A stretch of DNA of 64,000 nucleotides, from contig CAZYUB010000010.1 in NCBI GenBank assembly GCA_964650515.1, forward strand, positions 12,938 to 76,937. Direction: 5' to 3'. Numbering within the stretch: the first letter of the stretch is position 1; each line of letters starts with the position of its first letter. The notes under the pieces are model-generated. The model had not been told where the DNA came from and ran no database searches. It was given only the letters and a program-made list of their open reading frames with translations. Below, piece by piece: positions 47,761 to 56,712 of the stretch. A program made the translations under genes and the position numbers. The DNA comes from an uncultured Planctomycetia bacterium (GTDB lineage Bacteria; Omnitrophota; Gorgyraeia; Pluralincolimonadales; Pluralincolimonadaceae).

Positions 47761-48384
47761 TTATAGTAGACGTTTCTTTTCGAGTTTTTCTTTCAGGTTT
47801 TTTTTCGCCCGCGCGACAATCGTGGAGACCGTGTTCACCGGGAGCCCAAGGGCCGCAGATATCTGCGCGTGCTTCATCCCGTGCAGCAGGCTCATCCCGG
47901 CGGCCATCCTCTCTTTCGGGCTGAGCCCTTCTATCGCCGAAACCAGTTCCGCGCGGGCCTCATTCAGTTGCGCCTGCCTGTCCGGGCCGGCCGCGGCGGA
48001 AGGCAGGACATCCTCGAGCGTCCTGCCGTCGTCTTCTTTGTATATCTGCTCATATAATGATACGGATGACGGGGGGCTTTGCCTCCTCGCCCTCCTGAAA
48101 TGCTCTATAGCCGCGTTGCCCGCGACCATCGCGAGCCACCCCGCGACCTTTCCGGGCTCCCTGAGCTGGCTTAACTTGCCGCCGGCCCATAAAGCGACAA
48201 AGACATCCTGGTGGATGTCGTTGATGTCTTCCTCGCTATGTTCGTATCCGTAACGCCTGAGCCGGTCGCGTATAGCCCAATAGACCACCTTCGAATACCT
48301 TTCGACGAACGCGTCCCACGATCTCCTGTCCTTCCTTATGCAGCCGAGCACCAGTTCTTCGGGATTTTCGTTCGGGTCCATCAC
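47761..48384 (-). CDS. RNA polymerase sigma factor, ECF subfamily
   Basis: Sigma-70 region 2 (DINDIHQDVFVALW) and region 4 HTH (ERMAAGMSLLHGMKHAQISAALGLPVNTVSTIVARAKKNLKE). 207 aa. Confidence 0.85.
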   Translation of the reverse strand: MMDPNENPEELVLGCIRKDRRSWDAFVERYSKVVYWAIRDRLRRYGYEHSEEDINDIHQDVFVALWAGGKLSQLREPGKVAGWLAMVAGNAAIEHFRRARRQSPPSSVSLYEQIYKEDDGRTLEDVLPSAAAGPDRQAQLNEARAELVSAIEGLSPKERMAAGMSLLHGMKHAQISAALGLPVNTVSTIVARAKKNLKEKLEKKRLL

Positions 48385-48995
48385 TCTTTAGGCATTATCT
48401 TTTCTTCGAAAGCATTGGCCGTTACCGGCATCGTATCCCTGAATATCTTAAGCAGGGCCTTCGCGTATTCGCGTATCTCCGGCTGCGCCCCCTTATCGAG
48501 GCGCAGTTTCAGGAAGTTCATCAGGGAACGCGCGTTGACTGTCCAGTAATAAAGGGTGTATATCGAGAGCGGCAGCACGCCGCGCGCCTGCTCGCGTTTT
48601 ATCCCGGACGATACCATCGACTCGTAGGCGTCGAAAGCGCCGTTAACGGCCTTCTTATATTTAAGAAGTTCCTCGCCCGACAGGCCTTCGGGCGTGTAGA
48701 AATCCCTCTTAGCCAGGCAATAACGCAGCGACATCTCGTTATACGTACCGATGCGGTGGCGTATCCACTGGCGCGCGACGAATATCGGGCATTTGACGTC
48801 GAAACGGAAATAGGCGTGCTCGAAAGGCGTGCCGTGGTCTTTTATTATCAGGTGGCGGACCAGCTTAGCATCGGCATCCGCACCTTGCGGCTCGCTCATG
48901 TAGCAGCGGCGCGCGCTTTCTATGACGGCCTTGTCCCCGCCCATCGAATCGATGAGCGCGACGTAGCCGTTATCGAGGACTTTTATCTGCTGCAT
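48381..48995 (-). CDS. thyX: flavin-dependent thymidylate synthase ThyX
   Basis: ThyX signature RHRxxxxxS (RQWIRHRIGTYNEMSLRY) and NGYVALID N-terminus. 204 aa. Confidence 0.9.
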   Translation of the reverse strand: MQQIKVLDNGYVALIDSMGGDKAVIESARRCYMSEPQGADADAKLVRHLIIKDHGTPFEHAYFRFDVKCPIFVARQWIRHRIGTYNEMSLRYCLAKRDFYTPEGLSGEELLKYKKAVNGAFDAYESMVSSGIKREQARGVLPLSIYTLYYWTVNARSLMNFLKLRLDKGAQPEIREYAKALLKIFRDTMPVTANAFEEKIMPKE

Positions 48996-49131
48996 CTTTC
49001 TTGGCTTTTTCTTTCTTCTCGTAGCATTCGGGGCAGTTATACATCGGCTTCGCCAGCGTCCTGTCGTAGCCGGGAGCCACGACCACCCTCTTCACTTCAG
49101 GGACTTCACGTCCGCAGGTATCGCATTTCAT
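48970..49131 (-). CDS. small zinc-ribbon protein (C-x2-C ... C-x2-C), 53 aa, not in the supplied ORF track
   Basis: MKCDTCGREVPEVKRVVVAPGYDRTLAKPMYNCPECYEKKEKAKKDAADKSPR. A GGAGG RBS lies 8 nt upstream of the ATG at 49131. The 3' end overlaps the thyX start by 26 nt. Confidence 0.45.
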   Translation of the reverse strand: MKCDTCGREVPEVKRVVVAPGYDRTLAKPMYNCPECYEKKEKAKKDAADKSPR

Positions 49132-49184
49132 TTGTTGTCCTCCGGTTTGATGATTCTATCAATATGCGGCGCTTTTTTCAACCG

Positions 49185-50012
49185 CTATTTCGGGCGGCGC
49201 GCGGCAAAAACCAGGAATACCGCGATCACGATAAGCCCTATTATGACTATCATGACCGACGAGAACGACAATGCCAGAGCCGGGGCGGGCCCCGCGAAGA
49301 CCGCTATGCCCCATTCGCTCGGGTCTGCATAAACATTCTTCGTCCCGTGCCAGGTGAACTGCAGCTCCCTCTTGTGCGTATCGCCGTCGTCCACCGAGAT
49401 GTCAAAATCTATCTTCCTTCCGGCCTCGGGCTTGAACCCGCCGAGGGCCTTGAAGGGTATCTTCGACTCGATTATGTAGCCCTTATCCCACCTGATCGAA
49501 GCGACCTCTATGCCGCCTTCGTAGTCGTCCCGTCGCCAGACCCACTCCCCCGCCTTTATATCCTTTTCATTTCCGGGGGTTATGCCTATCTGGTAATCCT
49601 GTTTCACGAAGAACATCCTCTTCGGGTCCGCGGTTTCGTCGAGTCCGAGCATTATCTCTAACGCGTCGCCGTCCCAGATGTCCGGGCCTTCCTTGCTGTT
49701 GTCGAAAGGCACGTCATCGGTCACCTTCGCCGCCACATACAGAGCGTCGTCATCCCATAACAGGTAGATGTCCGCGCTGAGGTCGTCCTTGCCCGACCAT
49801 ACGTTATACATTAGTATTTCGTAGGTTTGCTTGTCCATCCTTATGGCATAACCGGGATATTTGCTTAGGTCGCAATCGACTTTGACCGGTTTTGTTGCCT
49901 TATGGATGCGGACTTCGGGTTTCGGCACGGGCTTATCCTGCGCCTGGCACTGCTGGAGGGAAAAGAAAAACAGGAAAAGGGCTGCCGCCGTGAGCTTAAA
50001 TAGCTTTTTCAT
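49185..50012 (-). CDS. secreted CBM9-like (DOMON-type carbohydrate-binding) protein with C-terminal TM/basic anchor
   Basis: Signal peptide. Domain with LSADIYLLWDDDALYVAAKVTDD...IWDGDALEIMLGLDE, paralogous to the C-terminus of the GH26 protein. C-terminal TM plus RRPK tail. Confidence 0.5.
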   Translation of the reverse strand: MKKLFKLTAAALFLFFFSLQQCQAQDKPVPKPEVRIHKATKPVKVDCDLSKYPGYAIRMDKQTYEILMYNVWSGKDDLSADIYLLWDDDALYVAAKVTDDVPFDNSKEGPDIWDGDALEIMLGLDETADPKRMFFVKQDYQIGITPGNEKDIKAGEWVWRRDDYEGGIEVASIRWDKGYIIESKIPFKALGGFKPEAGRKIDFDISVDDGDTHKRELQFTWHGTKNVYADPSEWGIAVFAGPAPALALSFSSVMIVIIGLIVIAVFLVFAARRPK

Positions 50013-50030
50013 CTGGACCTCCAGGATTTC

Positions 50031-52373
50031 TTATATTCTATCAGAAATCCTGGGACGTGTCCAATGGGGACGTGTCACTTGGGGACAGGTCTTACCGTTA
50101 ATGAACACCTTCCCTTTCGTCACTTTGATATCATACTGCTTGCCACGGAAGGAGCGCTTCATCGTGAACCCGTCCCATGAGGAGGGAAGGCGCGGATCTA
50201 CCGTCAGCCCGTCGAGCGTAGCGCGCACGCCGAGTATCCAGTCGGTAAAGGCGCGGAACATCCACGCGGACGTCCCGGTAAGCCATGAATGGCTCCCGCG
50301 GCCGAATTGCGGGTGGTCGGGGCCGAAGAGGAACTGGCTGTAGACATACGGCTCGACCCTGTAGGTCTCCGCGCCGGCTTTCTTCGCGGCGACGGCCGGA
50401 AGCAGCTTGCGGTAATAGCCGAACGCCCTGTCCGCGCGGCCGAGCATCGCCTCGGCGATCACCGCCCAGGTATTCGCGTGGCAGAATATCGCGCCGTTCT
50501 CCTTTATGCCCGCCGGATAGTTGATCAGCGAGCCGATATCGTCCGGGCCGCTCGTATAGGAAGGCCAGCATATCCTGATGCCGAGGTCCGTATCGAGGTA
50601 TTTCCTGACGGCGTCCATGCATTTGATGCCGCGCGCGCGGCCAGCGACACCGCTCAATACCGCCCAGCTCTGCGTGTTTATATGTATCTTCCCCTCCTCG
50701 CATTCCTTCGAGCCGACGGGCCGCCCGTCGTCGGTAAAAGCCCGTATATACCATTCGCCGTCCCAGGCGGTATAGTTTATCCGCTGCTTCATTTCGTCGT
50801 ATATCTTCGTGAAGTTCTTCGCGTCCCTGGTCTTCTCCATCTTCGCAGCCAGTTCGGCCATCTGCCTCGCGGTATAGCAAAGGAACATCGCGACCCATAC
50901 CGATTCGCCCCTGCCTTTCCTGTCGATGTCGTTGAGGCAGTCGTTCCAGTCCGCGTAGAACATCCTCGGCAGGCCGTGCGGCCCGCAGTTCGCGAGCGTA
51001 TAATTTACCGCCCGGACCATATGCTCGTAGATCGTCCCGCAGGACCCCTCGATATACGGGGCCTTATCCTCAAGCACGGAGTAATCGCCTGTCTCGCAGA
51101 TATACGAGTATACGGCCGGGATCATCCAGAGGTGGTCATCGGAATATTTCTTCGGTTCGCCGGTGCCTACCGTCGGGTAGAAGAGGTGGTACGCGTGCCC
51201 GTCCTCGTACATGTTCTTCGCGAGCAGTTTTATCTTATCCTTCACCTGCGGCGCTATCGCGTGGACGACGCCGAGCGTGTCCTGGCTCGTGTCCCTGAAG
51301 CCGATGCCGCGGCCGGTGCCCGTGTTATACATTAGCGACGCGTAACGCGACCAGTCGAACGTAGTCCTCGACTGGTACTGGTTCCATATATTTATGTTCG
51401 CATTGACCGCGGGGTCCGGCGTCTCGATTATCAGCTTCGACGTATACTCCTCCCAGTATTTTTTGACGCGCTCGAGCTCATGAGCTACATGGCTTTCGTC
51501 CGAGTACTTCCGCAATATCCTGTCCGGTGTCAGCTTGTTCTCATACGCGTCGACGCCGAGGACGACCGTTACCTCCTTCCGCTCCCCGGGCTTGAGCTCG
51601 AGGCGCACCGAGAGCGCGCCTATCACGTTCCCGCCGATGACCTTTGAACATTTATGCCTGCCGGATTTCACCGCTTCCGGGTTTGTCTCGCTGCGGTACT
51701 TGCCGATGAAAGCTTCCCTCTCGCAATCGTAACCCCGGACTGCCCGGTTGGTGACGGCGAAGAACACCCTGGAAAAGTTACGCTTAAAATATCCCTTTTT
51801 CTTGTTGTAAAAAGAATAGTATATAGCCTTGTCGCGGCTGTCGTATTCGGCCATGGAGAAATAGTGGAGGTTCGGATGGAACATGAACTCCTCAGACGCG
51901 TCGAAGAGCGCGAACTCAACGTACGGCGTGGCCGTTATGGAGCGTTTCTCCTTTCCGGAATTCGTTATTACGGCGGACCACACTTCGATGTTGTCATCCA
52001 ACGGCACGAAATAAGTGACCTCGCTGGTTATTTTTTTGCTCTCGGAGGATATCTTCGTGTATCCGAGGCCGTGCCTGCACTCCCACGCGTCCGGCGCCTT
52101 GCAGACGGGCTGCCAGCCGGCGGACCAGTATTCCCCCGTCTCCGCGTCCCTGAGGTATACGTACCTGCCGGGCCTGTCGAGAGGCACGTTATTGTACCTG
52201 TACCTCGTTATGCGCTGGTACTTGGGGTCCTCAAAGAAACTGTAACCGCCCCCGGTCTGCGATATCAGCGCCGCGTACTTGCCGTTGCAGAGGTAATTTA
52301 TCCACGGCGTCGGCGTATCGAACCTGTTTATTATGAACTCCTTCCTGTCCCTCGAGAACCCGCCGTAATCCAT
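50031..52373 (-). CDS. GH94-family glycoside phosphorylase (cellobiose/cellodextrin phosphorylase-like)
   Basis: N-terminus (FDTPTPWINYLCNGKYAALISQTGGGYSFFEDPKYQRITRYRYNNVP) closely resembles cellobiose phosphorylase as I recall it. 780 aa. The C-terminal ~22 aa are encoded by the repeat element. Confidence 0.78.
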   Translation of the reverse strand: MDYGGFSRDRKEFIINRFDTPTPWINYLCNGKYAALISQTGGGYSFFEDPKYQRITRYRYNNVPLDRPGRYVYLRDAETGEYWSAGWQPVCKAPDAWECRHGLGYTKISSESKKITSEVTYFVPLDDNIEVWSAVITNSGKEKRSITATPYVEFALFDASEEFMFHPNLHYFSMAEYDSRDKAIYYSFYNKKKGYFKRNFSRVFFAVTNRAVRGYDCEREAFIGKYRSETNPEAVKSGRHKCSKVIGGNVIGALSVRLELKPGERKEVTVVLGVDAYENKLTPDRILRKYSDESHVAHELERVKKYWEEYTSKLIIETPDPAVNANINIWNQYQSRTTFDWSRYASLMYNTGTGRGIGFRDTSQDTLGVVHAIAPQVKDKIKLLAKNMYEDGHAYHLFYPTVGTGEPKKYSDDHLWMIPAVYSYICETGDYSVLEDKAPYIEGSCGTIYEHMVRAVNYTLANCGPHGLPRMFYADWNDCLNDIDRKGRGESVWVAMFLCYTARQMAELAAKMEKTRDAKNFTKIYDEMKQRINYTAWDGEWYIRAFTDDGRPVGSKECEEGKIHINTQSWAVLSGVAGRARGIKCMDAVRKYLDTDLGIRICWPSYTSGPDDIGSLINYPAGIKENGAIFCHANTWAVIAEAMLGRADRAFGYYRKLLPAVAAKKAGAETYRVEPYVYSQFLFGPDHPQFGRGSHSWLTGTSAWMFRAFTDWILGVRATLDGLTVDPRLPSSWDGFTMKRSFRGKQYDIKVTKGKVFINGKTCPQVTRPHWTRPRISDRI
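50052..50091 (-). repeat. triple tandem ~10-bp direct repeat (GACCTGTCCCC / GACACGTCCCC / GACACGTCCC; 15-bp period), copy B, inverted relative to copy A
   Basis: Read from sequence on the minus strand. It lies within the last ~20 codons of the GH94 ORF and is followed by an AGGATTTCT-N12-AGAAATCCT hairpin and the CBM9 gene RBS. Confidence 0.6.
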
Positions 52374-52385
52374 TTAGGTGCCTTT

Positions 52386-52412
52386 CATATATACTGGTTG
52401 TATACCATATTA
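52386..52412. promoter_or_regulatory. conserved motif copy S2 (TATATACTGGTTGTATACCATAT), 15-37 nt upstream of the GH94 start
   Basis: Shares TATAC(T/A)GG-N2-GTATACCA with the copies at 55954..55975 and 59646..59674. Candidate operator for the adjacent AraR-like regulator. Confidence 0.5.
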
Positions 52413-52429
52413 ATCAAAAAAAATAACCG

Positions 52430-53569
52430 TTATTTCGGCTTAGCGCTCGATTCCCTTACGACGAGATCGACAGGTATCACCTCTTTCGTCGCGATATTTA
52501 TGCGCCCTTCTATCCTGTCTATGAGCTTCTTAAGCGCTATCGAGCCCATCTCTTCCTTCGGCACGTTAACGGTGGTAAGCGGCGGTGTGGAGAGCGCGGC
52601 CCATTCTATGTTGTCGAAGCCGACGATCGATATGTCGCGCGGTATCGAAAGGCCGCTCTTGTCGCGTATTGCCTTCATCGCGCCCATCGCCGCCTCGTCG
52701 TTTATCGCGAAGACCGCGGTCGGAAGAGGGCTCTTCTTCAATATCTTCTCCATCGCCTTATACCCTTCCTCGACCATGTAGTAGGCCTCTATGACGAGGC
52801 CGTCGTCGTATTTGATACCGGCCTCTTGGAGGGCTTCTTTATAGCCCTCGAGCCTGCCTATCGACGCGGGCTGGTCCTGAAGCGGCGCGCGTATCATCGC
52901 TATGCGTTTGTGGCCGAGGTCCGTAAGGTGCTTCACGGCCAGGTATCCGCCGAGACGGTTGTCGGGTATGACAGAATCAATCGCGGGCTTCGAGATCTCG
53001 TTATCGACGAGGACGAGCGGGAACTTCTTGTCGTAGAGGCTCAGGACCGTCGTACGGTCGAGCCCCCCGATGACGATGATACCGTCGACGTTGTTCTCCA
53101 TCGCCCATCTCGCGATATCGCGCTCATCCTTTACCGATGTCACGAAATTGAACGAGAGCGTGCAGCCCATCCTCAGGGCTTCCTTCTGCATCGTCGAGAA
53201 TATGCCGACGTAGTAAGGGCTTAATATGGGCGATTGCGAGGTCGGGTTAAGGCGCCTCAGTATGCACGCGATGTTCTTGCGCCTCGACTGGCGCTTCATC
53301 GACGAAAAGGCATGGGCTTTCTGCAGCCCTTCCGCGTCCGAGACGAACGTCCCGGTGCCGGGTACGGAATACAGAAAGCCCTCCCTTATCAATTGCGCGA
53401 TGCCGCGCCTTAATGTGATGCGGTTGATCCCATGCTCCTTGCTCAGGATGCGTTCCGAAGGGATAGGTTCCCCGGGCTTGAACTGGCCGGCCTGGACCTG
53501 CTTGCGCAGTATATCGGCGAATTGCTGGTAGAAGAACTTTCCGCTCGACTTGTCCACCTTCGGGCTCAC
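52430..53569 (-). CDS. AraR-like transcriptional regulator (GntR-type wHTH plus LacI/PBP-like sugar-binding domain)
   Basis: N-terminal GntR HTH (PIPSERILSKEHGINRITLRRGIAQLIREGFL). C-terminal periplasmic-binding-protein fold typical of LacI/GalR effector domains. 379 aa. Confidence 0.7.
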   Translation of the reverse strand: MSPKVDKSSGKFFYQQFADILRKQVQAGQFKPGEPIPSERILSKEHGINRITLRRGIAQLIREGFLYSVPGTGTFVSDAEGLQKAHAFSSMKRQSRRKNIACILRRLNPTSQSPILSPYYVGIFSTMQKEALRMGCTLSFNFVTSVKDERDIARWAMENNVDGIIVIGGLDRTTVLSLYDKKFPLVLVDNEISKPAIDSVIPDNRLGGYLAVKHLTDLGHKRIAMIRAPLQDQPASIGRLEGYKEALQEAGIKYDDGLVIEAYYMVEEGYKAMEKILKKSPLPTAVFAINDEAAMGAMKAIRDKSGLSIPRDISIVGFDNIEWAALSTPPLTTVNVPKEEMGSIALKKLIDRIEGRINIATKEVIPVDLVVRESSAKPK

Positions 53570-53581
53570 GGGATCCTCCTG

Positions 53582-54205
53582 TTATTTGATATCGACGACC
53601 TTAAGCTCGTCGATGTGTATCGTGACGGATTTCTTGCCCTTGTTATATGCCGGGCCGACCGCGAACTTGATCTCTTTAAGCTCGGCCGGGTTGAAATCTA
53701 TGCCGGTAACCATCTTGCTGTTGTTCGCGTCCCAATACTGCCCCTTCTTGGGATAGGCGGTGAACGGTATGACCACCTTCTGCCACTCCTTGGTAGTCCT
53801 GACGAAGTTCGGGGTAGCCATTACGCCTATCTCCGTCTTGTTGCCGTCGCTGTCGTCCGCGTCTATGAGTATGACCTCGAAGTTCTCCCCGCCTTCCGCG
53901 CCTTTCACCCAGAACTCTATGCCGGGTTTCTTATACTGCGTAAGGTCCGCGAGCGGATAATGCCCCACCGCCGCGCCGGACCACTGCGTGCAGTCAAGCG
54001 TCGCCGTAAGGCAGGCGTCTCCCGACTTTGCGCCGGACTTGTTGATCTCGAACTCCGTGCCTCCTCCGTATACGTATTTATACTGGCCGTTCGATTCGTC
54101 TATCACGTCGATGTAATAATCTACCGTTTCGGCCTGCGCAAGCCTCGCTGCGCCTACAAGCGCCAAACCGCACAAGAACATTACCGCAAACACCCTCTTT
54201 CCCAT
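53582..54205 (-). CDS. secreted beta-sandwich protein, putative carbohydrate-binding module (paralog of 58964..59608 and 63723..64000)
   Basis: Signal peptide from the internal Met at 54205, which abuts the GH26 stop. ~180-aa domain ending ...KSVTIHIDELKVVDIK, matching the ends of the two paralogs. Confidence 0.45.
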   Translation of the reverse strand: MGKRVFAVMFLCGLALVGAARLAQAETVDYYIDVIDESNGQYKYVYGGGTEFEINKSGAKSGDACLTATLDCTQWSGAAVGHYPLADLTQYKKPGIEFWVKGAEGGENFEVILIDADDSDGNKTEIGVMATPNFVRTTKEWQKVVIPFTAYPKKGQYWDANNSKMVTGIDFNPAELKEIKFAVGPAYNKGKKSVTIHIDELKVVDIK

Positions 54206-54207
54206 CT

Positions 54208-55941
54208 TTACTGCCCCCTTTCTTTGAATACGACAAAGCCCCACTGGCAAGGTTCCTCATAAAATCTCTCGTCCCCCGAGAGGACCATCTGAGTGTGCCT
54301 GTCCTTTGTGTCCGAATCGTTCAATGCCACGTTGAAGCTGACCTTCATGCCGGGCGACGGTACAAAGTCCTGCGAGAACGACTTCCACGGCACCACCGCC
54401 TCGACAATATACCCGCCGGCTGCGCCCTGCGCACCCTCCGGCTTATATACCGCCGACTGCACTCCTTCGACCCTGTTCTTCAACTGCCATGACCATCTCT
54501 GCGGGATAACTTCCTTCCTGTTGCCGGTGCTGAAACCGATCTGGTAATCCGCCGCATCGAAAGCCATCCTGTCGGGGTCGGCTTCAGGGTCGAGGCTGAA
54601 CGCTATCTCGAAACTGTCGCCGTTCCATATCGCGTCGCCGCGCTTATCGTTGATGAAGGGCTTGTCGTCCTTTACCTTTGCCGCGACATAAAGGTTCGCC
54701 TCGTCCCACATCAGGTATACTTCCGCGCTTATATCGTCGGGGCCTTTCCAGATATCCTGGCCCATGATCACGTTCCTCTTGTCGCTTATCACGACCGGCA
54801 CAACATCCGCCCATTCGGAGAGGTCGCCGTCCGCCGTGACGGGTGCGGCTGCCTTCATAATCTCGATCACCGGCCTTGCGTATTCCGCCTGCGGGGCCGG
54901 CCTGAGTTCCGCCGTGACGCCTTCCGGAAGCTTGAACCCTTTCAGCAGTTTGGAAAAATACACGGGATCGCTCTTGAAATACGGGTCGGATACCGCTTCC
55001 GAGAACGCCTTGAGTATATCATTTTTCCCGTGAAGCCGCCAGTCGCATTCCTTCTTTATATTAAACCACACGATCGCTTTTACGCGCGGGAATTTTTGCC
55101 TGAGCGCAACAAAGGCGTCTTTTATCCATTGTATCTTGTCGCCGCCGGCGTCGCCCGAGGCGAATTCGCCTATCATTATCGGCTTACCTGGATATTTTTC
55201 CGTCAGTTGCTTATAACGTTTCGCGAATACCTTCTCGAACGGGTTCCAGCGGCTCCACTTCTCGGCCGTGCCCCAGTTATAACCGTCTATAGATACCCAG
55301 TCGACGTAGTTGTCTCCCGGGTAGTAATTGCTGTAGGTGTTCCACTGGGTCCACGGCACCTCGGTATCCATGACGCACCAGACCCATATCGCGTTATCGG
55401 CGCCGACCTCTTTAAAGAGGTCGTATACGTGGCGCCACGCCTTAATGTACTTCTTCGGGTCCTTATCGTTCTGGGCGCCGGACCACGGGTACCAGTTGCC
55501 GTCCATCTCGTGGCCCATACGAAGGAAATACGAGGTCCCGAGCCTCTTTCCGCGCTTCGCGAACGTCCTTATATATTCGTCATACTGCCCGTTGATTATG
55601 TTGTCGAGGTAGATTATGTCCTTGCCGTCCTTCTTTATCCAGGGCTCCCATGTTACGTGGGGTATGGCGCCGTAATCGACGATCGCCTGGCAGTCCTCCA
55701 GCGGGAAGATCTTCTGCCAATCGATGTAGAACATCACGGAGCCGGACTTCTTGTTTGCGGCGGCGTCGAAACGGTTTATCGGCGCGATGCGTATGGGGGT
55801 GTTCTCCATGAATATGCCCCACAGGCAGCCTTCGGGGATGTCCTGCGCCGCGGGGTCCGCTGCCGCGCAATCCGCCCTTCCGCAGGAGGCGAAAAGCGCG
55901 ATGGACAGGAATAACGGTATCATGGCCGGTATCAATCTCAT
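54208..55941 (-). CDS. GH26-family glycoside hydrolase (beta-mannanase-like) lipoprotein with C-terminal CBM9-like domain
   Basis: Lipobox LFASC. GH26 acid/base motif FLRMGHEMDGNWYPW and nucleophile region IMIGEFAS. C-terminal ~190 aa are homologous to the CBM9-like protein at 49185. Confidence 0.72.
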   Translation of the reverse strand: MRLIPAMIPLFLSIALFASCGRADCAAADPAAQDIPEGCLWGIFMENTPIRIAPINRFDAAANKKSGSVMFYIDWQKIFPLEDCQAIVDYGAIPHVTWEPWIKKDGKDIIYLDNIINGQYDEYIRTFAKRGKRLGTSYFLRMGHEMDGNWYPWSGAQNDKDPKKYIKAWRHVYDLFKEVGADNAIWVWCVMDTEVPWTQWNTYSNYYPGDNYVDWVSIDGYNWGTAEKWSRWNPFEKVFAKRYKQLTEKYPGKPIMIGEFASGDAGGDKIQWIKDAFVALRQKFPRVKAIVWFNIKKECDWRLHGKNDILKAFSEAVSDPYFKSDPVYFSKLLKGFKLPEGVTAELRPAPQAEYARPVIEIMKAAAPVTADGDLSEWADVVPVVISDKRNVIMGQDIWKGPDDISAEVYLMWDEANLYVAAKVKDDKPFINDKRGDAIWNGDSFEIAFSLDPEADPDRMAFDAADYQIGFSTGNRKEVIPQRWSWQLKNRVEGVQSAVYKPEGAQGAAGGYIVEAVVPWKSFSQDFVPSPGMKVSFNVALNDSDTKDRHTQMVLSGDERFYEEPCQWGFVVFKERGQ

Positions 55942-55953
55942 TGGTTTGCCTTT

Positions 55954-55975
55954 CTATACAGGTAGTATACCACAT
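55954..55975. promoter_or_regulatory. conserved motif copy S3 (CTATACAGGTAGTATACCACAT), 13-35 nt upstream of the GH26 start
   Basis: Same TATACWGG-N2-GTATACCA core. Followed by AAAGGCA-N5-ATG, as at S2. Confidence 0.5.
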
Positions 55976-55996
55976 CATTCGTAAATTGCAAATATT

Positions 55997-56701
55997 TTAC
56001 ATCGCCCTGCCGGCGCGCAGGGAAGCGGTATATGCTCCGCATCTCTTATATCCGGCCCAGGCCTTGCCGCTTACCTTCGGGTCGGGGTCTATCTCCGAGA
56101 CGATAAGATAGCACATCATGGCCGCCTGCCCGTATTCCGCACGGTCGGGCCCGTCGCAGGCCTTCGAAAGGCCCTCGTAGTACTTCGCCGCCTCGAGATA
56201 ATTCCTTGATGCCTGTTTCTTCTCGTCGCCTGTCTTCGAACGCAGGCCCGCAATTATACCTTCCGCGCTGCCGCCCGGCTCGATGCCCGGCAGCCTCAGC
56301 TGGCCCGCCAGGCCGCCGTTGCACAGCGCAATGCCCTTTTCTGCCAGCGTCTCCATGCCTTCCGGAGGGCTGTATCCCTCCGCTTCCGCGCCTGCCCGCG
56401 CCCGGCAGGCGATGCCTTCACTGGCGCACCCTTTTACGACCTCAAAACATCCCCTTGCGAGGATGAAGTACCTGCTCTTCTTCAACGGTATATCATGCTC
56501 TTTCGCGCGCTTCATGAGCTTCTCCGCGAGGTCCAGGTATGCCCTGCAGCATGACTCGCGCTCCTGCCTGTCCTCGATGCGGCTTATCCTGCCTACCGCG
56601 ATCTTCACGTCGGAATCGCAGTTCGGCATGAATATGCCATCATCGGCCGCGCAGGCCCCGAAACTTAACATTGCCGCAAACGCTAATACGAGGCTCTTCA
56701 T
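55997..56701 (-). CDS. secreted cysteine-rich hypothetical protein
   Basis: Signal peptide (MKSLVLAFAAMLSFGACA) and 14 Cys in the mature part. Start at the internal Met at 56701 (GAGGAG RBS), directly after the GspK-like gene. Confidence 0.4.
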   Translation of the reverse strand: MKSLVLAFAAMLSFGACAADDGIFMPNCDSDVKIAVGRISRIEDRQERESCCRAYLDLAEKLMKRAKEHDIPLKKSRYFILARGCFEVVKGCASEGIACRARAGAEAEGYSPPEGMETLAEKGIALCNGGLAGQLRLPGIEPGGSAEGIIAGLRSKTGDEKKQASRNYLEAAKYYEGLSKACDGPDRAEYGQAAMMCYLIVSEIDPDPKVSGKAWAGYKRCGAYTASLRAGRAM

Positions 56702-56712
56702 CCGGCATCTCC

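Noticed and set aside
43726-50091. Interpreting the inverted triple-repeat pair as ends of an intact transposon
   Set aside because: No transposase, integrase or recombinase lies between or near the arrays, and cargo genes are ordinary transporters, sigma factors and thyX. Kept only as a repeat or regulatory observation.
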